The notes beneath the pieces were generated by a model, which ran no database searches, was not told the DNA's origin, and was given only the letters and a program-made list of their open reading frames with translations. A DNA stretch of 35,652 nucleotides from a virus (lineage: Duplodnaviria; Caudoviricetes). The stretch spans positions 1 to 35,652 of the IMG/VR virus record IMGVR_UViG_3300033076_000676; one strand, 5' to 3'. A program made the position numbers and the translations under genes. Of this stretch, positions 35,400 to 35,652 are shown piece after piece; position 1 is the first letter of the stretch; the number at the start of each line of letters is the position of its first letter.

Positions 35400-35652
35400 A
35401 TGGCTGACATCTTTAAAACTTCAATTGAGGCGGGTCGTGAGGCTCGCAGTAGAGGACAAACTGGCGAACCTCCTGGCGGTGACGCTTCACTTGGAGTGAT
35501 GGCAGACCAGATCAGAGATGGCGCAAGCTACCGTGGTCCTGCATCAGGCAGTGTTGCACCTACACGTGCTACTGCTATTGCACCTCCAAGCGCTAAGGCT
35601 CCGACAACAGAAGAAATCCTAGCCTCTATCTCTGCTCGTCCTACTCGTGATC
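35400..35652 (+). CDS. probable large internal virion protein, truncated (MADIFKTSIEAGREARSRG...)
   Basis: ATG at 35400, frame open to the window end. Confidence 0.6.
   Translation, partial: MADIFKTSIEAGREARSRGQTGEPPGGDASLGVMADQIRDGASYRGPASGSVAPTRATAIAPPSAKAPTTEEILASISARPTRD

Overview
The whole window is a tailed dsDNA phage (Caudoviricetes) genome segment. It is most likely a podovirus: it has tail adaptor/nozzle-type genes and ejection-protein-like genes, and no tape-measure or sheath gene is visible. Left part (1-6522, minus strand): an early-type gene block with a COOH-NH2 ligase (amidoligase), a class II glutamine amidotransferase, a YubB/DUF1281-like ferredoxin-fold protein and small ORFs, punctuated by four copies of a covarying hairpin element. 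A repeat- and palindrome-rich non-coding junction (about 6530-7260) and a tRNA-Asn(GTT) follow. Right part (8327-end, plus strand): terminase, portal, scaffold, major capsid, head-tail and tail genes, lysis genes and internal virion proteins. The most striking element is a cassette inside the tail module (18750-23967). A tail fibre ending in an Asn-Cys-rich, RiPP-precursor-like C-terminus (NCNCGSFNCRTNCNCNCNCNCK) is directly followed by a 2OG-Fe(II)-type oxygenase, an unknown protein, an ATP-grasp ligase and a radical SAM/SPASM enzyme. This suggests a phage-encoded post-translational modification system for a virion fibre. All calls come from reading motifs by eye; no database search was run.
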